Positions 51,043 to 61,046 of a DNA stretch of 64,000 nucleotides are shown in pieces. The stretch lies in IMG/VR virus record IMGVR_UViG_3300027743_000001, positions 22,543 through 86,542 of that record. One strand, written 5' to 3'. Under the pieces are notes generated by a model. It saw only the letters and a program-made list of their open reading frames with translations, was not told where the DNA came from and did no database searches. Source of the stretch: a virus. The position numbers and the translations under genes are program-made. Each line of letters begins with the position of its first letter. The first letter of the stretch is position 1.

Positions 51043-51208
51043 GTCAGCTCCGCATAAGCTGTAGTGGACCAGTCAACCAAGCGACTGATTACCGGCCGGG
51101 CCGCTCCCCCAGAGCGCCCGGCCAAATCATTTGCGAGGTTGTCAACCGGATGTGAGGTTCGCCCCACAGGATTGACAGCCTACTCCCCACCAACACCGCG
51201 CGGAACCC

Positions 51209-51234
51209 CTAAGGTCCCGACCCGCCGAGCCGAT
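51209..51234 (+). promoter_or_regulatory. Sigma28/FliA/WhiG-like promoter
   Basis: CTAA-N16-GCCGAT, 9 nt before ATG at 51244. Confidence 0.6.
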
Positions 51235-51243
51235 TTGAGGGGC

Positions 51244-51453
51244 ATGAGCACAACACATAACCCCAACGCCAGCAGCATGTTTCAGCAGCTGATCGCCAGC
51301 CGTCCAGTCACCCAGGCCACCAAGCTTGAGCGCCTCCTAGACCTGATCGACACCGCGCACAACCGTTGCCGGAACACAGTGCAGCACCTGCCGCACGAGC
51401 ACTACCGCCTCGACACCACCGGAGTTGAATACCTATACTGTGACGGTCGCTAG
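51244..51453 (+). CDS. Small hypothetical protein (C..H..H..C)
   Basis: Probably leaderless from the sigma28-like promoter. Confidence 0.55.
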   Translation: MSTTHNPNASSMFQQLIASRPVTQATKLERLLDLIDTAHNRCRNTVQHLPHEHYRLDTTGVEYLYCDGR

Positions 51454-51662
51454 CCGGTCGCTCCGGAACGATCCGATCACCTGCACCGCGAGAGAGGTCC
51501 CCAGCCGAAAGGGTGGGGACCTCTTGCTATGCTGGCCAGACGACAGGCCGAGTCGGAAGCACCCCAGCCCGGTTCACGTGCACACGTAGGATCATGGACG
51601 AGCTGGGTTGCCCAGCAAAACGGCCGGCCCCGAAAGGGACCGGCCGTTTTCGCTTGTGTCAA

Positions 51663-52004
51663 CTACGGGGCAAGCCGCCGAGCCACATACCCGAGGCCCA
51701 TCATGAGCACCGCGAGGATGAGCAGCAGCGCCGTGTAGAGCGTGCCGACCATCAGCCCCAGGCCCGAGCCGATCTCCTCCAACTCAGAGCTAGGGTTGGA
51801 CATCGCGACGACGTTGATGACGTAGTTCATCAGCGCGTAGACGAACAGCGCCGCGCCGATCCCGACCCCGGCCGAGCCGACCCACTTCCCGACCCGCAGC
51901 CGAGCGGCAGGCGCAGCCGGAGCCAACCGCGCGGGGGACACGTACTGCTCCTGAGCTGCCATCTGTTCCTGACTCATACCCTGACCTACGTAGTTCGGAC
52001 CCAT
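51663..52004 (-). CDS. Two-helix membrane protein
   Basis: Two hydrophobic segments; RBS AAGGAG. Confidence 0.6.
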   Translation of the reverse strand: MGPNYVGQGMSQEQMAAQEQYVSPARLAPAAPAARLRVGKWVGSAGVGIGAALFVYALMNYVINVVAMSNPSSELEEIGSGLGLMVGTLYTALLLILAVLMMGLGYVARRLAP

Positions 52005-52071
52005 GTGATTACTCCTTTAGTGTTCGAGGATAGGCCGGCCGGCCCCAGGCAGGAGCCGGCCGGTACTACTG

Positions 52072-52593
52072 CTAGCGACCCGCGTTCGCCGCGTCGCCGG
52101 AAGCCGTTGCCGCGTCCGAGCCCCAGTTCTTGAGGGTCCCCGTGTGCGACTCGCACAGCCGGACAGTGTCGCCCTTGGACAGGGCAGGGATCAACGGGAA
52201 CACCGAGTCGATGAACTCGCAGCTAGCCTCATTGACCCGGGCAGCCTTGTCGAACCCCGTGCTGGCAGCCGAGAGCGCGTTGCTGGCATCCATCAGATCC
52301 AGCTTGAGCCCGTCAACCGTTGCCGCGTTCGCGGACAGGCGACGCTGCGCGTCGGACAGGTCAGTGCGCGACTTGGCCAGGTCTGCCGTAGCCGTAGTTG
52401 CCTTCTCCTGCGCCGCGTTACCAGCGATGGCCGAACCCATCCAGCCGAAGGAAGACACGGCCAGGCCCACGCCGAGGACCGTGGGAAGGATCCAGCCACG
52501 CTTGCGCGGAGCCGCCGCCGGGGGAGCCCCGTTGATGATGACGGCGGGCTCTGGCGTAGTTGGGTCGAACTCAGTAAGGAAGGGCTGTGTCAC
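52072..52593 (-). CDS. Membrane-anchored coiled-coil protein
   Basis: Transmembrane segment after RKRGW, then heptad-like region; promoter at ~52636-52664 on the minus strand. Confidence 0.6.
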   Translation of the reverse strand: MTQPFLTEFDPTTPEPAVIINGAPPAAAPRKRGWILPTVLGVGLAVSSFGWMGSAIAGNAAQEKATTATADLAKSRTDLSDAQRRLSANAATVDGLKLDLMDASNALSAASTGFDKAARVNEASCEFIDSVFPLIPALSKGDTVRLCESHTGTLKNWGSDAATASGDAANAGR

Positions 52594-52955
52594 GGTGGCT
52601 CCAGTGTTTGACGGGTGACTTGCTTACATGGGCAACTATACACAGCCTCCCAACCACTGTCAACAGATCCCACCAACCAATCTCCCGGTTGTGCCTGTGA
52701 CTGGAGAGCTGTAAGTTGCCTGTGTAAATCCCCCCTACGAGAAGGGCAACACCCATGTCAGGAAACAAAGTGGTTGGCTCCGCTGGAGCTGCCACTGCCA
52801 CACTGCCCATCACCGGCAGTCCCACCATCACGCTGGTCATCGGATCCATCGCGATGCTGGCAACCGGACTGCTCCTGTTCAGGGCTGGCCGAATCCGTAA
52901 GAGCGACATGGCCTAGTTGGTTGACAGGCCCGAGATACCGAGCTAGTCTGAACGA

Positions 52956-53070
52956 GTCCTTTTCGAGGGGACAACGGTTATAAGAGGGATGGCAGCCCCC
53001 GATCGTGGCGAGAGGTGGCTGCAAGGAGAGGGACGTACCCGCGCGACACGGGGGTACGTCCCTTTCTTAT
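52956..53070 (+). ncRNA. Candidate small RNA
   Basis: TTGACA-17-TAGTCT promoter (52921-52949), three hairpins and a terminal T-tract. Confidence 0.45.
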
Positions 53071-53220
53071 TTCTTGTTGAGCACGACGTAGGCCCACAGG
53101 GAGCCCACCGCTATGAGTAGCAGTACGCCAGACGTTGCACTCATCGCTTACCTCCCGCCGAGCTGAGTACGTACAACCAGAAGGCTATGGCCGCGATTGC
53201 CATCCACTGGAGCAGCTCCA

Positions 53221-54801
53221 CTAGGGAACCCGCTTCAGCGCAGCCGCGAGGTCCACTCGATCATTCCCGCCGGGAGACCGGTGCCACACCTTGCCGCTGT
53301 CAACCGCGATGACAGTGCTAGGCGTAGCCCCCATCACCCCGTGCAGATGCACCTGATCCCCCGGCTTGAGCTGCGCTTCCTCCAGCGACCTGGCACTGAG
53401 GGTGTATGGAGTGTGGTAGTCGGTACCCATCGGGTAGTCGTTGTGTGTCTCCACCACCCAGCAGAAGGTCCCGTGACACGCGACCACCTCCACCTCCACG
53501 CCACGGTGTATGTAGATCTTCCCCGGCTGAGGTCTGTCAACCACGTCTCTACTCCTAAGGATCTCTTCCATCCGGACCACGGCTTCCGTGTAGCTCTCGG
53601 TCAGCTGCTGCACAAACTCGCTAATCACTGCCACCATCCCACATCAGGCCAGAGATCCAGCCCGAACGCGCGGCCCAGCATCAGGACCACGACCAGCACG
53701 ATCACGGCAACCAACAGCCCGAGCCCGAACCCTAACCGCCTCATCTCGTCCACACCCAGACCAGCGCGGCGCCGATCATGCAACCCCAGAGCAGGCATAT
53801 GGCCACGGTCCACCACAGCAACCGCATCAGATCCCGGCCGAAGTTGTCCACTACTTCTTACTCCCCGCCACGAGGATGACCACCCACGCCAGCGCTGCCA
53901 GCATCCCGATCAGGAGAACGTCCTCGCCGCTCAGGTTCATTAGAATAGATCCAGTTCAAGAGACGTCAGTTTGTCGGCCGGCACCCACTCGCCGTCCTTC
54001 TTGGCAAAGCAGTCCGGCGCCATCACGCCCACGACCTTAGTCTCCAGAGACATCACCTCATGGATACGTAGGCAGGTTACGTGTGTCGAGTGGTTCAACC
54101 AGACGAAGAACAGCAGGACCAGAGGCCCGATGAACGCGACCCGAACCAGCGTCTTCTTAGCGAACGACCCTGTGTAGTAGCTGTCGGCCCAGTCGCCGAG
54201 GTCCTCGATCAGGTGCACGTGCTCTCATCCAGTGATCTTGTAGTTGGTGTGGTCACCCCGTGGTCGCGGCGGAAGCACGCTGCCAAGGAGTAGAGACGCC
54301 ATGACGGACACCCCCACCCACCCGAGCACCCACCAGAGTTTGTGGTCATGCACAGCGAACGCGATAACGAGCGCTCCAGCTATCTGGAGCAGCCACACTG
54401 CCACACGTCCCCGCCAGTTAGCACGCCAGGCTGTGACCACCGCGTCTAGGTACTCCCGGTTATAGTCCATCCCCGGATCTTACGCTCGCCGGAGCCCATT
54501 CCTCCCGCCACCCGAGAGCCCAGCGGTAGCCATAGGCCACCACCCGGAGCGTCTCGCAGGGCCACGTGACCGGGTACGTGTACGGCTCCCCGCTCCCACA
54601 GGCTCCGCAGTAGTGGCCCGCGTCGTAAGTGCCGTTACCGTCGCTGTAGCTGCCCCCCGGCATGTGCAGCTGGAGCAGCTCGTAAGCCATGCGCAGCTGC
54701 GCAGCAGCGCGTAAGTACGTAGGCATGTCGTGTTGGGCAGCCATTGCCTTCTGAGTTTCCTTCTCCAGCACGCCGGCCAGCCACTCGTCGATCCGCCTCA
54801 C
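53221..54801 (-). other. Coupled small genes, mostly membrane or hypothetical (53221-53637, 53625-~53743, 53940-54218, 54225-54470, 54460-54801)
   Basis: Consistent minus-strand operon with overlaps. Confidence 0.55.
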
Positions 54802-55388
54802 CGGGGGATCACCCCGTCACACTCGGTTGACAGGACCGCCAGCGTTTCGACCGGCACGGTCAGCCCGTACTTCTGCGCGACCTCCACGAAGCGTTGCGTG
54901 TACGCGCACGTGTCCACGTCTGGCAGCCACTCTTCAGGCCCGCGCCCGTCCTTGACCACCTGGACCCCGGCCTCTACGACCAGGAGGTTGTCAAGATCAT
55001 TGTAGAACGATTGCCGAGCTGAGCGCTCCCACTTCCAAGCGCCATGCTCCCAGGCCCAACGCTCGGAGACCACGTGGTTGACAACCACAGGTATGTCGTG
55101 ACCAGGCTCCAGCAGGATGCCTGTGTATGGCGAGACCAGCCACCCACCGGCCAGCTTGCACCCATCCTGCTTCTCATTGTGAATATCCCTCACGAGCGCG
55201 TCGATCATCTGGTCACAGCCATCGTCGCCATCAGTCTCGGCCCAGTCCCCGAAGGCTCCCTCTTGGTAGGGGGGAGCGGCTGAGATGTCTCGCGACGTGT
55301 TCGACAGGAAGGCCGACCAGATCCCCGCCGTCATCACCATCAACAGGCCCACGACCAACACCGCGCGCCACCACCACTTGCCTGCCAA
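54798..55388 (-). CDS. Exported DUF1524/HNH-like nuclease, degenerate active site
   Basis: FGDWA..DGD.GC, W.SPY, HVV...AW..GA..W, F.ND..NL and K...P..WLP. Confidence 0.75.
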   Translation of the reverse strand: MAGKWWWRAVLVVGLLMVMTAGIWSAFLSNTSRDISAAPPYQEGAFGDWAETDGDDGCDQMIDALVRDIHNEKQDGCKLAGGWLVSPYTGILLEPGHDIPVVVNHVVSERWAWEHGAWKWERSARQSFYNDLDNLLVVEAGVQVVKDGRGPEEWLPDVDTCAYTQRFVEVAQKYGLTVPVETLAVLSTECDGVIPR

Positions 55389-55528
55389 CTCTCAGCCCTC
55401 CAGAAACTTGATGAACCACCAGTTCCGAGCCATAAACATCATGTCGTGTACGACCAGGAGAATCGCAGCCGCGAACGCAAGCAGGGTGATTGCGAGCATC
55501 GTGAACCGGAGCCACCAAGGCCAGTGCC

Positions 55529-57533
55529 TCATGCCGCCGGCTTGCGCTTCCGAAGGCGCAGCTTCCCGTCGTTGTAGCGCGCCCGATACCGCGCCTCCCA
55601 GACGATGTCAACCGCCTCGGCCAGCGTCGGAACCTCGGCCAGCAGGACCGGGCTGTCGACGCCGTACAGATAGGCCCGCCAGCCACCAGTGTCTAGGTTG
55701 ACCAGCGCCGAGCCGATCCCCACGACCTTGCCCGGCGCCTGCGAGACATAGATCGTGTTGTAGTTCTTGGAGACCTGGCACACGAACCGCTGATCTTCAT
55801 TCACCAGCCGGCTCCACGGTCACGCGCCATACCCAGCCGCCGCCCTCGCCGATTTCCTCGCGCCGCTCCACAGTGACCTTCTCGTCCGGACTGTAGGCGT
55901 TGAAGATCCGCCGCATCACCACAGCCTTGTGTGGATCTTCCACGTTGGGAACCGGGACGGTTGTCTGCCGGATGCCGTAGGGAGGTGTGACCCGGATCCG
56001 GTCACCCAGTTGCTGTGTCACCCACACATGGATCACGGCTAGACCTCGCTCTGTTTGTTGATGTGGACCGCGTTAGGTATAGCGCCAGTCTGGCCCAGAG
56101 ACACCAGCCCGACCCCGAAAGCAATCATGTCGAGACGTGACAACAGCGGGCAGGTACTGACAGTGAACGTGCCCACCGCGAACGTGCCACCAGGCGTGTC
56201 AACCACGATCTCATCCACGTACTGGTCATCCTGCTCGATCACGTAGACGTGGTAGAACGTCATGCCGTACCGCCAGCGGCGCCGCTCCCAGTGACTAGCC
56301 ACTTTCCCCAGCCCGCTTAAGCTCCCGCTGCCCGTCCTTGCTGGGAGCGCACTTCCGGCAGACGCCGGCCGCATTGTCACCCAGCCAGGTTGTGGCCACC
56401 ACGCCGCGTCGCTTGTAGCAGACAACGCAGATCCCCAGGACCAGACTCACTCCGGCTCCTCCACCTTCTCAGGGTTGTGTGGGCAATGATCCAGCGTCAG
56501 ACCGCGATCCTTGGGATCCCAGCTAGGGATCAGGACGCCGCACCCACACACCACCGGCCACGGAGGTCCGAGCGGTGTGTAAGGAATCAGGCCGCCGCAC
56601 CCGCAACTACATGTCTCTGGACTCGATGGCAGTTTCATGGAGCCAGCGTAATCCTGCCGACGAACATCAGATCCCCGTGCACGTGCACCCGCTTGCGCAG
56701 CTCCTCCTGTACGGCCGCTTCAGGCAGTGCCTTGTACGCCATCCAGACGCCTTCATTCTCGTCCGCCGCCTCAACGAACACCTCGGGCAGTCGGTCGAAT
56801 TTCACCCTGTAGCGCGCCATCAGTCCTCCACCAGCTCCACGGCCTTGATGCCGTACTCCGGGTTGTCGTCGATCATCTCCCACTCGCCGATGTCCCGGCT
56901 CCAGCCCTTGGAACCCCAGCCCGTGCACTGCGCGCAGATCTGGTGTGGCATCACGTTGTAAGCCTCCTGCTCGGCCGCCTCTTCGTCCTCCGCCTCCACG
57001 GTCACGTACATGTCCAGTTGGGTCCGGTAGTTCACCCGGTACTTAGGCATCACTTACCATCCCAGTTCAAGAAGTTGGTCAGGAAGCGGATGATGTCTTT
57101 CGCTTCCTCATGGTTGACACGGAGCCGAATGCTCCGGTCCGGCTCCCGCTCCAGGTTCACGTGCAGCCGAGCGTCCTGCGAGTTATACCAGGCACCGCCC
57201 CCGTACGAGACTTCCCACGACCTCTTAGACATCCTCTTCCTCTTCCTCTTCCTCTTCCTCGGGTAGGTCGGCGTACTCACCCAGTCCCATGAGCGCGTCG
57301 AAATACTCCGCGTCGTCGAGACTCTCAGCCCAGCGGATCACAGTGCGAACACCGAGACATCCAGCCCGGCCGCCTGTGCCAGAGCGATGATCAGCTTCTC
57401 TGTTTCGGCAGGAGTCAGCTTGACCGCCGCCGAGTTGCCCCGCGCGTTCTCCAGTGTTAGGTGAGTGCCCGGCTCCATAGCCAGAGCATCCACGTAGATG
57501 TAACCGCTGCTGTCGAGTGCGATGATGTTTTCC
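55529..57533 (-). other. Run of small hypothetical genes from a minus-strand promoter at ~57542-57571
   Basis: TTGACA-17-TACTGT and coupled ORFs (55529, 55797, 56039, 56447, 56820, 57050, 57225, 57338). Confidence 0.55.
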
Positions 57534-57620
57534 ATACCCCGTACAGTACACCCCTGGTCAACGACTGTCAACTACCAGTTTCTCGTTGCTACTCGTTGAC
57601 CGTGCTGCTATAGTAGGGGC

Positions 57621-57974
57621 ATGACCACCACACAGATCACCCAGTCTCAGATCCAGCTGACCCCCGCCGACACGGTTGTGGCCGGCTCTACCATCATCCG
57701 CAACCGGTACGACAACGGCGTGATGATCGAGCCGTCCTCTCACCTGGTTGAGCGCGCAGGGTTTGACGCCAAGGAAGGCCGCGTTGTTTTGAAGTGCGGT
57801 TACCGAGTCTTCACCCTGCGCCCGAACGACCTGGTGATGGTCGTAGCTGGTGCCACCGCCCCGGACCCCCAGTTGGAAGATCTGGTTGACATGACCCTAC
57901 GCGGCGCCGGGATCACCGAGGAGACTCTGACCAAGGCCGACGAAAACCTTGACGACGTCTGGCACGTCGGCTAG
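57621..57974 (+). CDS. Hypothetical protein
   Basis: Leaderless after TTGCTA-17-TATAGT. Confidence 0.65.
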   Translation: MTTTQITQSQIQLTPADTVVAGSTIIRNRYDNGVMIEPSSHLVERAGFDAKEGRVVLKCGYRVFTLRPNDLVMVVAGATAPDPQLEDLVDMTLRGAGITEETLTKADENLDDVWHVG

Positions 57975-59698
57975 TTTTCATCTCGCCGGTCACCGCGAAC
58001 CCCACAGGAACAGACCGCCTGTGGTCCACGCGGAACGCACTCACAACGCGGTGACCGGCACCTAAGTCCTTACTCCCGGGGGAGAGAGGCGGAGGACTAC
58101 GGACGGGTGATCCTCCGCCTCTCGCCCCCACAGAAGAAAGCCCCCGGTTACCCGGGGGCTTCTCCACATGTAGTAGCCGCGCCAGGACATCCACGACTGG
58201 CCTCTGCTACTGATATGACTATGTAGTTGTGAAGGGAGCTTACCATCCTGGACCCTACAGACAAGATGGCTGTGCACCCCGTACGCTCCTGGTTGCCTCA
58301 GCACCTCAAGCCTGTCACGACCAGCCTTTGCAGTGATTGCTACCGGCTGTGCCACCACGACCCGCCGACCGAGCAGGGCTGCTTTGTGCTACCGGGCCGG
58401 TACGGAGAGAACCTCTACGTTGTAGTTGAGATGGGAAGATTGACGTGAGCGAATCAGCCGTGATCACCTTTACGGACGGCAAGACTGCTGAGGCTATGCC
58501 TACCAGCATCACGGTAGCCGGCATCCCAGGTGACCGACCGGGGGATGTCAACTACCAGTTCGTCTACCGGACCCCCGGCTCCAGCCTCTGGTACGTGCCT
58601 CTGTCCTCTGTGCTCTCGATCGTGTTCCACATGGAACGGCCCAAGCGTTCCCGCCGGCTCCGCCGGAAGCACTCCCAGGTTAGCCCGACCCAGGTAAAGC
58701 TGGCAGTTGACAAGGATCCAGCCTGAACCCTAGTGTGTTGCCATGAGGCTGAGCGCCGACCTCGGAGGGGTTGCGCTCAGCCTTTTCCTTGTGCGGCGAA
58801 AGGGACGACGATGACCATCCTGGACCAGTCCGACGTTGTGCACACGCTGCTCCAGCAGCGGGACAAGCTAACCAAGTCGGTTGCCGCCATGGACTCCATA
58901 GCCCGAGCCGAGCAGGCTCGCTACGCGCGTCTCCTGGTGCTGGCCCGTGACCTGGTTGGCTCGTGGGGGGTAGGGCCGCTATCCGCAGTGGAGCAGCGGT
59001 TTGCCACTGCGCTGGAGGAACTTGACACTCCAGTCAGCTTGGCCGAGCTGGCTCAGATCTCCAGTGTCAACCGGGGACGGTAGTTGCGCCGAGCCATGTA
59101 GATCCTGACCTGCCGGCGGGTGTCCTCGTCTACGCAGCCCACGAACACGACCTCATCATCCGGCTGGTACTTAGTCCGGGGGTGGTGCTCCTGCCCGTTG
59201 ACGTGCAGCCAGAATTGATCGTGTGTGAGCTTGCGCCGTTGGATGTACTGGTGCCCGCGCTTCAGGGTGTCCGCGTAGATGTAGACCACTGCTGCCCTCT
59301 CCCGCTGCTCCAGATGCTTCCACCGCGTGCCTATCCGGTGGCCCTCAAACTCAAGTTCTTCCACAGCTAAACATCCTCGCGTAAAACAGAAGGCTAGATA
59401 GGAGCCACTTCAACAGTCCGCTCATCATCATCATCTTCTTCAATGTGATCGAAGGAATTGTTGATCTCTTCTACAGCTGCCTTGGTCCGCTCCACCCAAG
59501 GCCCCAGGTGGTTGACACCCAGCGAGCCCAGTTTACCCAGCGTGCCGGCCGCTATCTTCACACTGCTCTCCAGCACATGCGCAGTCAGTCCGACCAGCGC
59601 GCCTATGGAAGAGACAGCCACCTCCAGCCGGGTGACACGGACGGACAGGTTGAGCAGCGCCTCATCCACGGGATCCATGGGAGCCTCGGGATCCGCCA

Positions 59699-60007
59699 TC
59701 ACTCGGCCGCCAGGTACCGCAGGAACAGCTCCACACGCTCGCTGGCACCCTCACGCTCATCCGAGCTGGCCACGTACGCCTCCCAGCTGCCCGAGTCGAC
59801 TACGAACGCCGCCAGCTGGCCGCGCCGGATACGCCAGGCAGTTTGAGAGATCACGCGCAGCCGCTCCTTAGGGCCGGCCCCCACCAGATACCACTTGCCA
59901 GGCGTGGCCTTGCACTTGGTTGCGACAGCTACATACGGCTCGAAGAGGATAGTGGCGCGCTGCGATGCTCGCGCCGGAGGGTTGGCTACCTTGGTGATTT
60001 TGTCCAT
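59699..60007 (-). CDS. Basic hypothetical protein, possibly DNA-binding
   Basis: Leaderless after TTGACA-17-TACGCT; PGKW...AWRIRRG; heads an operon with 59394-59702 and 59053-59364. Confidence 0.55.
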   Translation of the reverse strand: MDKITKVANPPARASQRATILFEPYVAVATKCKATPGKWYLVGAGPKERLRVISQTAWRIRRGQLAAFVVDSGSWEAYVASSDEREGASERVELFLRYLAAE

Positions 60008-60367
60008 GCCAGCTAGCGTACGTCTCTTGCCAACGTTTGTCAACCGGGGTAGTGTACGACACATGCCTGAGCGACGCTTGGTCCGGATCTGGTGGGGGAG
60101 CTACGTCGCCTTCCGGGAGGTTGAAGACGTCCGCATACCGATCCTGGAAGGCAAGCCTGTGATCACGACCCACCTGTACTACCCAGAGGACGGCAAGGCA
60201 CTGTGCGGAGTAACGCTCGCCGGCCGGCAACAGGCATCTTTCACTACCTGTGAGTGCCAGCTGTGTTGGTTGACAGCCCAGCGGATACAGGAAGGACCCC
60301 GCAAGCCGTTGCTGGCTCCGCGCTGGAAGCCATACGCCTACGGGGACCACTGGTCATACCGGTTCGT

Positions 60368-61042
60368 TCAGTAAGCTGCGTCGTTCGCCCGCGCCTGCAT
60401 GACAATCCCGTGCACCCAGGTAGCCGGGATGCCCTTGTCCATATGCGCCGTGGTTCGGATATCCAGCCAGGTGGTACCTCGGTTCAGAACCGACACCAGG
60501 CAGTCCACGTTCCACGGTGTGATGACAACAATGGGAGGCTGCGTAAACCTGCCCCCCGGGAAGTTGACTCGGGTGGTAGCTGTCCTGCCCGCGCCGGCCG
60601 TGATCGCTGGAGTCTGCACCGTGAACGTGAAGACAGCGAACGGGAAGTATTTGTACTGAGTCCCGTTGGCCACGACTCTGGCCACGTCTCCGTCTGCTAT
60701 GAGATGAAGCTGGTTGGCGAGTGTGGTGCCCCGGATCTGCTGCATGACAGCTGTGCCGGAACTGTCCACGTACTGGCGGTAGGTTGTCGCTACGCCGCCC
60801 GCGTTCCTCTTGATATCGAATAACGTATCTTTGTTGACGGCCGTGCTGCCCAGTGAGATCCAGTCAGAGACCGTTAGCGTCTTGGTGGCAGCAGCAGTGT
60901 TCAGCGCGGTGAGCTGATTCTGCAGCCCCTTGAGAGCCGCGTCGGTAGCCTGCGCGAGATTCTTGAAGGCATTAGGCCCGTCCGCGTCGTCCGTATAGTC
61001 CGGCCATGGGAGGTTATTCGGTGCGCCGGTAGTCTGTGCCAT
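60368..61042 (-). CDS. Tail fibre-like protein with C-terminal lectin-like domain
   Basis: N-terminal NNLPWPDYTDDADGP like the 24-26 kb paralogs; VNFPGGRFTQPPIVV. Confidence 0.65.
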   Translation of the reverse strand: MAQTTGAPNNLPWPDYTDDADGPNAFKNLAQATDAALKGLQNQLTALNTAAATKTLTVSDWISLGSTAVNKDTLFDIKRNAGGVATTYRQYVDSSGTAVMQQIRGTTLANQLHLIADGDVARVVANGTQYKYFPFAVFTFTVQTPAITAGAGRTATTRVNFPGGRFTQPPIVVITPWNVDCLVSVLNRGTTWLDIRTTAHMDKGIPATWVHGIVMQARANDAAY

Positions 61043-61046
61043 CTCG

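Noticed and set aside
51543-51562. CAGG...GGAAGCA resembling SRP RNA domain IV
   Set aside because: The required 3-bp stem with GNRA tetraloop and flanking helix does not form.
57050-57280. RKRKRKRKR basic tract in the ORF track
   Set aside because: Alternative frame of the GAGGAA repeat; the gene more likely starts at MSKRSW.
58707-58786. Promoter-like TTGACA-18-TAGTGT immediately followed by a terminator, as a tiny RNA
   Set aside because: The hairpin is adequately explained as the terminator of the upstream gene, and TTGACA is ubiquitous here.
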